Shown here: in pieces, positions 39,212 through 55,693 of the stretch | Position numbering within the stretch: position 1 is the stretch's first letter | Layout: every line of letters starts with the position of its first letter | Assembly (NCBI RefSeq): GCF_009914755.1 | Contig: NC_060929.1 | Length of the DNA stretch: 64,000 nucleotides | Origin: the human T2T-CHM13v2.0 reference genome, Homo sapiens | Direction: 5' to 3' (one strand) | The notes under the pieces: model-generated | What the model was told of the DNA's origin: nothing | Database searches by the model: none | The model's input: the letters and a program-made list of their open reading frames with translations, nothing else | Made by a program: the position numbers and the translations under genes

Positions 39212-40222
39212 ATGGGGAAAATCAGAGCAGAAAAACTGGAAACTCTAAACAGCAGAGCCCCTCTCCTCCTCCAAAGGAACGCAGTTCCTCACCAGCAATG
39301 GAACAAAGCTGGACGAAGAATGACTTTGACGAGTTGAGAGAAGAAGGCTTCAGACAATCAAACTACTCCGAGCTTCAGGAGAAAATTCAAACCAAAGGCA
39401 AAGAAGTTGAAAACTTTGAAAAAAATTTAGACGAACGTATAGCTAGAATAACCAATACAGAGAAGTCCTTAAAGGAGCTGATGGAGCTGAAAGCCAAGGC
39501 TTGAGAACTACGTGAAGAATGCAGAAGCCTCAGGAGCCAATGCGATCAACTGGAAGAAAGGGTATCAGTGATGGAAGATGAAATGAATGAAATGAAGCGA
39601 GAAGGGAAGTTTAGAGAAAAAAGAATAAAAAGAAACGAACAAAGCCTCCAAGAAATATGGGACTATGTGAAAAGACCAAATCTATGTCGGATTGGTGTAC
39701 CTCAAAGTGATGGGGAGAATGGAACCAAGTTGGAAAACACTCTGCAGGATATTATCCAGGAGAACTTCCCCAATCTAGCAAGGCAGGCCAACATTCAGAT
39801 ACAGGAAACACAGAGAACGCCACAAAGATACTCCTCAAGAAGCACACCTCCAAGACGCATAATTGTCAGATTCACCAAAGTTGAAATGAAGGAAAAAATG
39901 TTAAGGGCAGCCAGAGAGAAAGGTTGGGTTACCTACAAAGGGAAGCCCATCAGACTAACAGCAGATCTCTTGGCAGAAACTCTACAAGCCAGAAGATAAT
40001 GGGGGCCAATATTCAACATTCTTAAAGAAAAGAATTTTCAACCCAGAATTTCATATCCAGCCAAACTAAGCTTCATAAGTGAAGGAGAAATAAAAGCCTT
40101 TACAGACAAGCAAATGCTGAGAGATTTTGTCACCACCAGGCCTAAAAGAGCTCCAGAAGGAAGCACTAAATATGGAAAGGAACAACCAGTACCAACCACT
40201 GCAAAAACATGCCAAATTGTAA
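39212..40222 (+). pseudogene. L1 ORF1p, disrupted
   Basis: ATG at 39212 with an early frameshift; fragments 39298-39504 and 39568-39999 (QEIWDYVKRPNL, REKG) end in premature stops. Confidence 0.92.
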
Positions 40223-40285
40223 AGACCATCGATGCTAGGAAGAGACCGCATCAACTAATGAGCAAAATAACCAGCTGACATCATA

Positions 40286-44112
<3,827 letters not shown>

Positions 44113-44426
44113 ACAATGAGAACACATGGACACAGGAAGGGGAACATCACACTCTGGGGACTGTTGTGAGGTGAGGGGACGGGGGAGGGATAGCATTAGG
44201 AGATATACCTAATGCTAAATGATGAGTTAATGGGTGCAGCACACCAGCATGGCACATGTATACATATGTAACTAACCTGCACATTGTGCACATGTACCCT
44301 AAAACTTAAAGTATAATAATAATTAAAAAAAAATTAAAAACCTATTCTTTTGGTTGGGTGGTTGCTTTTCTGGAATGAGCGAAGTGGTACTCAAATGCCA
44401 AAGCTATTTGAAGGAAATAAAAACTA

Positions 44427-45620
44427 TTTGGCTAAGACTTCAGAGGCACAGTCAACAAAAACGAAAATAGTCAAATGGGACTATATTAAACTAAAAAGTT
44501 TCTGTACAGAAAAGAAAACAATCAACAGTGTGAAGAGACAACCTGTAGAATGGGAGAAAATATTTGCAAACTATTCACCTGACAATGGACTAATATCCAG
44601 AATATACAAGGAACTCAAACAATTCAACAGAAAAAAACAAATAAGGTGATTCAAAAGTGGGCAAAATATCTGAATAGACACTTTTCAAAAGACTTGCAAA
44701 TGGCCAACAGGTATATGAGAAAATGCTGAACATCACTAATCATCAAAACCACAATGAGATATTATCTCACCCCAGTTAGAATGGCCATTATGAAAAAGAA
44801 AAAATAACAAATGATGGCAAAGATGCAGAGAAAAGGCAACTTTTATACATTGTTGGTGCAAATGTAAATTAGTATAGCCATTATGGAAAACAATCTGGAA
44901 ATTTCTTTAAAAACTAAAAATAGAACTAACATATGATGTAGCAATCCCATTACTGGGTATCTATCCAAAGGAAAGGAAACCAATATATCAGAGGGATACC
45001 TCTACCATCATGTTTATTGCGGCACTACTTATAACAGCTAAGATATGGAATCAACCTTAATGTCTACCAACAGACAAATAGATAAAGAAAATGTGGTATA
45101 TACACACAATGAAATACTATTCAGCCACAAAAAGATAATGAAATCCTGTCATTCTCAGCAATGTGGATGAACCTGGAGGATATTATGTTAAGTGAAATAA
45201 GTCAGGCACAGAAAGATAAATACCGCACATTCTCACTCATAAGAGGGAGCTAAAATAAAAAATTCAGCTCATGGTAGTAAAGTAGAATTGTGGGTATTAG
45301 AGATTGGGAAGGATGGGGGAAGAGGAGGATGGGAAGGAGTTGGTTAACAGATATAAAATTATAGCTAGATGAGAGGAATGAGTTCTGGTGTTCTGTAGCT
45401 CTGTTGGGTAAACATGGTTAGCTATAATCCATTGTGTATTTTCAAAAACTAGAGGAGAGGATTTTCAATGTTCAAAACACAAAGAAATGACAAATGTTTG
45501 AGGTGATGTATACGCTAATTACCCTGATTTGATCATTACACATTGTATACGCATATTGAAATATCATTCTGTACCCCATAAATATGTACAATGATTATGA
45601 ATCAGCTAAAAAAGAAAAAA
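44427..45620 (+). mobile_element. L1MA4/5-like 3' fragment
   Basis: [12 protein letters not shown] peptide; L1MA 3'UTR with an A-rich end. Confidence 0.87.
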
Positions 45621-48600
45621 CCTATCTGACCAGGATATTTTTGGTTATTATTATATGTCAACAATAATATTAATGATACTATAAGTACTGAGCACAATGA
45701 TCCCCAGGAAATTAGTTTGAACATTCACCCAGAAAACAAAAGTATCATATATTTGTTAAACATCTTACCTAGAAATTCTTTATTTGGAAATATTCCTGGG
45801 CATTATACAATGTTGAAGATACACATTTATTAGTCATCATCATTGGAATGGTTTTCACTACGATGTCCTATTAAGAGCAAATATTCTGGACATACATCTT
45901 CCCCCATTTAACTAATTAGCATAAGAATTAAAATATAAATTTTATATATTTCACTCATCTCTTATAGTAGCATGCATTTTTCCAGATGGGTATATCTGTG
46001 ATTAATCTATTCAGTCACACAGGAATGTTACTAGGTTTTCTACAAAGACATATAATAAAGAAAAATATACCTTGTGATAAAGTAAATAAAAATGATGTTA
46101 TTTAATACAATAAAAACCTAAAGTTAATAAAATTATTAGTTTTGTTCTCATTTGATATGGGAATGACAAATACTTTATTCCCAGACTATTTTATCCTTTT
46201 ATAAAGATTTTTGTCTTTGCCAAACATCTAGATTTAATTCATGATTTGAACCTTAACAGTTATTTAATTTAACTTACTTGATTAAAAGCTATTTTTATCT
46301 CATCTTAATGTTTTGATATCTGCATCGATTATATGGCTTTTAAAAAAAACCTGACTTATGGAAAATTCCTGACCCTAAAGTTGGTTTCTTCATGCTTTAC
46401 AAGTAGAATCCAAATGAACCAGGTAAAGCCTTCAATCAATCCAGCTGCCTCAGGAAACTTCACTAATAGAAGAGCTGCCATTATATTTCTGTATATTTCA
46501 TTAAAAAACTGATTAATTATACTTTTTAAAAAGCTTGATAATCCAAAGAGTGTGTCAATTTTCATTCTGAACATTATTCACCAACAAAACTAAATGCTTA
46601 TGTGCCCAATTTCAGACATCATAACCAATGTATTATTCCTTTTACTTTTGACATCTTCTCCATGGAGTGAGTAACCACTACTGTTTTGAACTGTGTGGGG
46701 TCGTATGGGGTTGTATTATACAAAATTTATAAAAACAGTATGATAAACAACATGACTCACTTCTGGTTTAGTATCATGTTATTTGGTCACCTTGATTCCA
46801 TAAGGACCATCCGAACTTTCAGTCACAACTTGAATGACTTATTTTATTGGGTATTCTACTTAGTCAAAATAGCATATGCCTGATCTCATTATTTTGAAAA
46901 CTATACTTCAGGGCAAACTTAACACTAAACTCTGGCTAAGAGGTAACTAAGAAATGTTACTTTGGTCTTGTCATAAAACCATCTGAATAGATTCTCTCCT
47001 CAAGGTCACTCTCTCAGGAGGGCCATAACACCCTCTGCCGACTATGAGTCAACCGAGGATCCTTAGTTCCTGGCTATATCCTACACTATACAAGGTCCAA
47101 GTAGAGAACACAGAGGAGAATGGCTCTGGGATCTTTAATCCAAGAAAAGAGAAGAAGGTAACTTTATTTTTGCCTCATTCTGTAACGCCATCCAAAATTT
47201 CCAGAAGAGAGAAGGTTCATGAGGGTTCTGCTTCTGTTTGCCCTGAGTTATCCACAAGCTTCTTTCAAGGGTGAGGGTTGGGCATCCAATCCAGGGAGAT
47301 GAGACGTACGTCAACTTCATTTGAAGAGGATGTTCCATGGGCTTACTTTGAATTATTGTATGAAAAAGTCCAGTCATGTACTTTTTAGCCTCCATAATAA
47401 TATAAAATTTTATACTCCAATAATCAGGGCCTCTGTCACTTTCACATTATGCATTAAATAATGTAACTCTGTGTTCACCATTTAAAAGAAGGGCAAGTCC
47501 TAAGCAGGAGAGTCAAGTTGGCATCATGCCCCCTCCATCCTATCACCTCCTTCCTTAAGAAAATAGAAGAAACTTAAGAAACTGTAACTTTTTTGAACAT
47601 AATAAATACCATAAACTTATTTGAGATCAACAATATGCAAGATTGAGAAGGATGCAACAAAGATCACAAAAGTGAACACAGATGGACTTTACCCTCAAGA
47701 AGCTTTTAAAATCACCTTTTCCTTAACCCTTACATTGCCATCATTTTAGTCTTTGTGTTGCTCCCTATTAAGGAATCATGGCAGCTTCTCACCTAGGGGT
47801 CACGTGGAGGCCTCGGAGCTGGACATTTCCTAACATGCCTCCCTTCATCCTACCATAGTTGCTCACCATGTGTCCAGTCCTTTGGGGGCCATACATGGTT
47901 ACAGACCCCCTGAGTCTCTATGTTCCCCCATGACATTGGAAGAAATATTGTTCTCCTGATAGAAGGTCAGTTCCTAAATCTGTTCTCTTCGACCCATTCA
48001 CTTCTGCCTAGCCAGAGACCTTGCCATAACAATCAGCTCTTATCTCTCTTGTGTCTTCAACCACTCCCTCTAAGTTGGCTCTTTTACATGAGCATTTAAA
48101 TGTACTCACAGTATTAAACAACAAGAACAAAAAAAATTTCTCCCTTGACCCTATAACGTCTAGAGGCCACCTAAAACTGCCAGGTTTACAGGTGATCCCT
48201 CACAGCACCAGTAGTACCTCCACATAGTTCAACTCCAAAGATATGCCTGGTTGTCCAAAAATTGTTCTGCAACATGGTGGCAATATTTACTGGAATGTAG
48301 AGTGGCAGTACCTAATAACAGTGGAAAATGTTTAACTAAACTCTGTTGAAATAAATTATACAACCAAAGCTATGATATAAGAAATGGGTAACCTATGTGG
48401 ATAATAAAGTTGATGCTCCACCCGATTCGGTGAATCTCACATTTTCATAGTAACTAGTAGTATTTCATAGACTCAGTACACAATGGATGTTCACATTAGG
48501 TATTAACTGATATCACTTGTAAATGATATCCATGTATTTATTTTTACAAGATGGCAACTTAGTTTTTAAAATATAAGTGAAGTGGTAGGGCAATCATGTT

Positions 48601-49247
48601 TTAAATGTAATAAAACATCTGTATCGGTACTTAGAAAATATAAAGCATTATTGAAAAAAATTCTCTCACTTGTAATTGGTCATTATGTGCTTTCTAAAGT
48701 TTTAATGGCTAAGACTATCTAATTCAGATTAGTCAAATGCAGAATAAAGACATCCTCAATTTACTTGACCCTGCAGAACCTCACAAAATACAATCAGCAT
48801 CTCTCAGGAAATATGTTGTTTCAGAGCTGGAGGTCAAGACATTATGATGAGTACAAACCAGAGAACATAATTACTGAATCTGGTTCCCAATGGTGGACAG
48901 GATATACTAAAGAAAAACCAAATGATTCATTCCACAAGTTTATCCCTGATGTTGCCCCAAAATGCTTTGCTTTACATGAAGTAAAAATCTCACCAGGCTG
49001 CAAAGGAACTCTCATCCATCATCACTTTGCTTGTTAAATCTTACTGAAATAACATAGAATGTCACAGTGGATGAGAAACAATAAGTAAGGCAATATTACC
49101 ACTTTAAAAATCCATACTTCAGGCTGATAAAGACATTATATGTATATGTGTGTATAAATACATATAACTATGTGTGTATGTATGTGTGTGTATATATATA
49201 TGTATGAATAAGCTCTACACATATAATCACATAGATTAGATAGATAC

Positions 49248-49299
49248 ATGGATGGATGGATGGATGGATGGATGGATGGATGGATGGATGGATGGATGG
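49248..49299. repeat. (ATGG)n tetranucleotide microsatellite
   Basis: About 13 pure units, preceded by TA/TG low-complexity sequence. Confidence 0.95.
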
Positions 49300-49789
49300 C
49301 TGGCTAGATAATACTTAGGATGCCTCACAACAGTTCCTAAAAGCCATTATATAGAAAAAAACGGACAGTATTCAGTAGATTGAAGTGGCAGATCATATTT
49401 TCTATTACCAGAAATCTACACAGTCCAGAGATATTTTGAAAAAACTTCCCCAGTGTACTGACAGAATGTGGTTCTCCTATTCTTGTGTGGGGTACACTGT
49501 TAACATAAAAGAATTTCCAAGGTCTCCCTCTGGAAGTAGCCATCTTTGTGTGTCACCGTCCTTTAATTGATCCATTTCATAGGCAGTGCTGGAATGGTTA
49601 TGAGTCACTGCTGTGTTTGGCATCACCAGGGTAAGATTCGCCACCATGTTCCTTCCTCATCATGAGGTCTCTGAGTGAATCTGACACAGAAACACCTTCA
49701 GGGTGTCATGAACAAAAAATTAATTGCATTTATTATCATAATGGACTATGTAAGAAGGTCATTGAAGACACCAAATAATGAGGATAATT

Positions 49790-50010
49790 ATTTTTAAAAA
49801 ACTAGTAATTTTGAGCACCTACTATGTACCAGATACAGGGCAAAGAACTATATGTTCACTATCTTGTGTCTTTCACAATATAATGCTATAATCTATGTAT
49901 TATCTCTATTTTTCAGTGAGAAGCCTGGATTTACACAGCTTAAATAAAACACTCAAATTAAACAGCCAGTTAGTGACAGAATTGCTATTTAAATTCACGA
50001 CTCTTTGTGT
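49790..50010 (-). mobile_element. MIR
   Basis: ttgagcacctactatgtaccag and tattatctctatttttcagtgagaag motifs. Confidence 0.6.
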
Positions 50011-50829
50011 ATTTTTTCTCTGTATTTCCAGATTCAGGCTGTTTAGTCACTTGAGATCTAGAAATAAGGGTACTAGGTAGACACAATTCCATTGTATTAT
50101 AATACCAACATCAATATAATATTCAGTGCTTTTAAAAAAGAATATGTTTCTTCTTAGGTGAAATAAGTGAATTATTGACCAGTTTACTGATTCAGTAACT
50201 GAATCACATACTCATTCACATAAGATTTTACGTGAATGGAGGGGAAAGGAGTAACCTAGATCTTGCTGTTGTGTGCTCAATTCTTTGCTCACAATTTAGT
50301 ATAGAAGATTTAAGTTGGAGGTTATGCTTTGTAGTAAACAACATTATTTACAGATAAGACATGAAACTATTAAAGAATGGCTCCTGCCACAATGCTTGGA
50401 CTACGTATCTTTAACTCATCTCCAGAAAGGTCTTCTACATAGCATGAGTCCCAGCCTGGTTGTCATAATTCAAGTCTATGGGAGGGCAAACGATGGATTA
50501 TAGTGAGGGCCTGAGAAACAGCACAGAATCCACAGTCTCTCTTACATCTTCAGCAGCCATGTGCAACACAGACCAACCTAGATGGTGTTGTGCATGTGAA
50601 CTTTTGCCCACAGACAAAAGGTTGAGACCCAGAGTTCTATAGGAGGAGCAATAGCATATAAAAATTACATAGATTTAATTCTGAGCTTCCAAAGATGTTA
50701 ATAAGGGTAACCCCCTTATGCCTACTGACACCCCCCATTGCCATATAGTGCCACCAGTACAACATAATCCTTTGGAAGTCTCCCATTCTAAAGCCACTCA
50801 TAACAGAAATCTGACCAACGTGTTGTCCC

Positions 50830-50975
50830 AGATAAAGAGCAGAGGAGAAAATGTACATTCTTAATTCTGTCAGCTTTATAAATACCTCATAATGCAGAAA
50901 CTGATAGTCTATAATTAGGTTAATTATTTATGGGAAAATAATTGGGTTAATGAGATATTTCTTTATGGGAAAATT
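50830..50975 (-). promoter_or_regulatory. Candidate HNF1/CDX/GATA module with a TATA-like box
   Basis: GGTTAATTATTTAT at 50918; TTTATGG twice; GATA at 50830 and 50902; TATAAAG on the minus strand at 50874-50880; motif evidence only. Confidence 0.3.
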
Positions 50976-52881
50976 CAGTTGGTGCTGCTAAATAGAAAAA
51001 AAAATCAAAGGTCTTAAAGACATCAGAAACGAGAGCAGGAAAAAATTAAATTCTTACATTTGGGAAACTGCAAACTCATTGCCCATAGGAAATGACATCT
51101 GGAATGCAAAAATAATATATTATAATCAACTGAACACCAGTTTGCATCTATCATGTTAATAAGTATAGCTACCTATGCAGAACGGTATAAAGCAAGCAAC
51201 ATTTTTGTTAATCCCTTTGCAACAACCCATTCAAAAGATCTGAGATTATGAGATCTGAATAAAACACCTTACTTTCATAAGCTAATGTTAGCTATACTTA
51301 GATTTTTTCTGCAAAAATTATTATGAAGAAGAAAAATAATTTGACATTACCCAAAATTGCATATTTCTAAAAAAAAAATATTTCCTTCCAACTCTTATCC
51401 ACAACATAAGTAATTTTAAATAATTATAATTATAGTGTTGATATAACTTTATATTCTCCTTTTCAGTTAATGTTGTATTTTGTTTTGGCATTAAATTATT
51501 TAAGAGTAACTAACACTTTTTCCAAACAAAGGAATGGTTCTAGTAACAACAGCCATATTGATCTGTCATTTTTTCACTTTTATCCCTTAAGAGCTATGAA
51601 TCCATTTTCTCCTATAAGGCCTACTGGCCCTTTGTTTTTCTTTAGTATCTTTAGATACTAGATATATTCCAGATTACCACTCACAAGTCTATATCAAACA
51701 CATTCCTGATAAACTCAACCCTACACTTAAAGTTTTCACTTTCTTTTCTTTATCCTACCACCTCAAAAACATAATGCCAACATTTTATAAATCAGCTCAT
51801 ATTAGACTACAATCTATAAATATGCAACTATTACCTTCCCTTTATATTCCCTTTTTAAGAGAATTAATTAACTACAATAAAATATGAATGTACTGTCTTA
51901 CTTCATGGCCCTGAAATTTGATTTATATTAACTCTAAAGAGACCCTGATCCCACAACACATGATCCATCATCAATCATCACCTTACTCCTCGCCATCTTG
52001 AATAGTTACTATTCTTTCTGGTTCCTTTCCTTTTCTCACCATACATGAAGAGAAGACCTCTGGCTCATAAAAATATTCTACTCTGATTACCCCTGCAGCT
52101 ACCAACCCTCTTTCCTTTTTGCTACTAAACACAAACACACACACATACACACACACACACACACCACAGAGAGACTGTTGAACCTTTGATGACTTCATTT
52201 CTTCATCTCTTAATCATTTCTTCCACCCCCTCAATCTGACTTCTGTTCACACCACTCTGCTGAAATCTCTCACAAAGATGACATGAGCACCAACTTGCCA
52301 AACAATTGATCTTTTCTTTATCTTCATGTTGTTTGACATTTGTATATCTTGTGGCAATTTAACCACATTCTCCTGAAAATCACTCCTTTTGTTGTTGTTG
52401 TTTCTAGGCCACTGCATAGATTTCAAGTTTCCTATCAGCTCTGTTGACTGTCTTTTCTCTATTTTCTAAAAGTGAGCATTACCCAAACAAGTTTCTGTCA
52501 TTAACTCTCATAGTTTCTTACTTTAAGCAGTCCTATCCTGAACTGATCACTGCAAGAGACTCAGTCAACCCATTTCCCTAGGCGGCTTATCTGGTGACCT
52601 CTGGCTCCTTGAGACTGTTTAAGTTGAGGATTACTTATGCTGACTGTCATGCTTCCGCTTTTGTTCCAGTTACTCTACTTCACACTTGAGGGTTTGATGA
52701 AGTTTTTCTCAGGAATCCCATGCACTTGCTTTTCTTGAATGCTTTTCAATTTGTGCCTGGGTTTTTAAGCTGATGGTTTCTTTCCTCAGCTTGGTCCTCC
52801 AGGCACTATATATGGCAGATATACGTCACAGTTTTTGACCTCTGCATGGAAACCTTTCCTGTTTTTCAGGATGGATGTAGG

Positions 52882-52882
<1 letters not shown>

Positions 52883-52923
<41 letters not shown>
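52883..52923. repeat. (TG)20 microsatellite
   Basis: Pure TG run. Confidence 0.97.
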
Positions 52924-52925
<2 letters not shown>

Positions 52926-53068
52926 ACTGAGAATCTGCAATAAATAAATAAATAAAACATGTGGGCTCAAATGGCCATTCAGAATTGAAATTCCACCTCT
53001 TACTTTCCAACTATCCTACTTTTGACCATTTTTGCCTGACACTTACATCAATTCCACAGCCACTAGAT

Positions 53069-53260
53069 CAGTGTTTCTCAAACAACCTGCATTATCATCT
53101 TCAAGAGTGGTGTTTATGAAAATGCAGCTCACTGCCTTTTAAATCCATTTCCACTGAAACAAAATCTCTGAAGACGGAGTCCTGGTATGAAGCCCTCCCA
53201 GGATATTATAACATGTTTCCCCAAGAGATTCTGATACACACTAAAGTTGGAGAACCACAG
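53069..53260. mobile_element. MER5A/B hAT-Charlie MITE
   Basis: TIRs cagtgtttctcaa / ttggagaaccacag; 8-bp near-TSD CACTAGAT/CACCAGAC. Confidence 0.8.
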
Positions 53261-53849
53261 CACCAGACTGTAAGACCCCTAAAGTGAGTGCACTCAAGGT
53301 CTGTGCATGCTCTACTATCCAGGAACTACACACACAGGCCCAACTGATTCTTCCTGAAACATGGTCTGAAGCTCATGGCAAACTCCTGGTACAAAAAATT
53401 ATTACTACCAACAGCAAGATAAAGTCCTTAAACCTTGTTGGTCTGCCCTTTAAGGTATTCCACAATCTGACTTTCATCCATCATTTTAGCCTTATCACCA
53501 GTTACTTGATGATATTAACCTTATGCTCACATGTTCCACCTGTGATTGAGAGGCCTTGGTTAACGTTCATATGAAAACTATGATGGACACTATTCATATA
53601 ATAGTTTACAATTTGACTGAACACCTAAGAAAGTTCTGTAAGTTTCAGGAACTCACAAAAATCAATGAGCAAGTAACTGTAAACCAAATATGAGCCTTCT
53701 GAGAGCATGCCTTCTCTGTAACCAAAGGCTGGATATCTTTCCTCCAGTGAATGTGCTTGCTGAAGCAGAGATTCAAATAAAGAATTGAAATAATCCTTAC
53801 AGGCTTTCACCTTGTTGGATTGCATGATGTTTGGAAAATGGTTGTCCTC

Positions 53850-54045
53850 TGGAATTAGATTTTCTGGATTTAAATCTCAGCTCCTTCATTGACCTTGGAT
53901 AAGTTACTTAATCCCTTGGCTTCAGTTTCTTCATTTATTATAAGGACATAATGAGAAGACTTAACTCATAAGGCTGTTTGGGGAATTAATGAGTTAATAG
54001 ATATGAAACATATAGGACAATGCCTAACACACATAGTAAGTATAT
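53850..54045 (+). mobile_element. MIR
   Basis: gaccttggataagttacttaatccc...cagtttcttcat core and cacatagtaag end. Confidence 0.8.
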
Positions 54046-55126
54046 GTGGTACACACACTCATACTCACACTCACACATGCATATACATAAGTGGGTATGA
54101 GAAATATTAAACTTTTATATTTAAGAAATTTAAAATACTAGGGGTACATTCAGATGTAAATAAAAATCTGTGACTCAGAAAGTTTGGTCTTTGGTCATTC
54201 AAGAAGAGATTTGGGTGTCATCAGTATATACATGGGACCTGAAGCCACAGATTCATATGAGCTCACACTGAGAGATGTAAAGGTAAAGAATATGAGAAAC
54301 TTCAGGATAGAAGCTAAAAACAGAAACTTAGTGGACTTGGCACTTCATCAATTATTTCCAAGCATTCTTTACAGGTCTAAAAGAATAATCTACAAGCACA
54401 GAAAAACATCTTCTTATGGAAAAAAGCATTGTTATGCATTCCAGAGGTTACATGTAGAGCCATGAAAATTATTTATACTATTGCTTTTTTTAGCTGTTCA
54501 TCAAATTCTTCTCCAATATGTCCATTGCATTAGAACAAATTCATGTTTTCAAGACAAGTGAAGCAGAGCTTACTGTACTTTGTGAAGAGCATAGATGCAC
54601 TAACAGGAGAGGTAGTGGGTCTGAGTAACTCCAGATAGGAGTTAGTTGCTACAAACTTTGTGTACCTATGGAGGATGCTTACCATGTGCTCAAAGTGAGG
54701 AGGTCCACTTGGCAGAAGGGCAGGAAGCCACATATGTTGCACCAAGGTATTGACAATGCAAGGACAGCTCTTCAGAAACAAGAGCTGTGTAGACAGTGGG
54801 TGATCTGCAGAGTCAGACTCACATACCTTTTAAGTGGGCATTCTCTAGAGTAACTCTTCCCCTGGGATAATGATGGGAAAGAACCCTGCAGAACTTCACT
54901 CCCATGGACAGTCTTGTGTCAGGTGGGCAGCTGGGTTTTGAGGTTTGGTTTGGCCCATAAAGCTGTCCAGTTCCTAAGAGAGTATTGCAGCCCTGCTCAT
55001 GTATTATATACCTATATTACTGCCTGGCGAAGTTTATACTCCCACATCTTCCCACCACATCTTCCTACTCATTGCTGCATCAACCTGCAGCAACGGTTGG
55101 GTTGCCTAGTAATGGCTTTTACCCAC

Positions 55127-55581
55127 TGCGATAGTTAACACTGAGTGTCAACTTGATTAGATTGAAGGATGCAAAGTATTGATCCTGGGTGTGTCTGTGA
55201 GGGTGTTGCCAAAGGAGATTAACATTTGAGTCAGTGGGCTGGGAAAGGCAGACCCACCCTTAATCTGAGTGGGCACTATCTAATCAGCTACCAGCACAGC
55301 TAGAATATAAAGCAGGCAGAAGAATGTGAAAACATGAGACTGGCCTAGACTCCCACTCTACATCTTTCTCCCATGCTGGATGCTTCCTGCCCTTGAAAAT
55401 TGGACTCCAAGTTCAGTTTTGGGACTCGGAATGGCTCTCCTTGTTCCTCAGCTTGCAGAAGGCCTATTGTGGGACCATGTGATCATGTGAGTTAATACTA
55501 TATATATATAGGATATATAGGAGATATATATATATATATCTCCTATTAGTTTTGTCCCTCTAGAGAACCCTGACTAACACA
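55127..55581 (+). mobile_element. MLT2A (HERV-L) solo LTR
   Basis: gagtgtcaacttgattagattgaaggatgc start; TG...CA ends; perfect TSD CCCAC. Confidence 0.93.
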
Positions 55582-55693
55582 CCCACTTTAGGGGATGAGG
55601 AATAAGATGCATTTTTAAAAGCCCAGAAAAGGTAGGGAAATTCTCAGCAAGTGTTACTTTTAGAGGAATTATTTCTAACTCATAGAATAACCT

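Noticed and set aside
48240-48680. Possible ancient DNA transposon
   Set aside because: No convincing TIRs or TSD could be identified by eye
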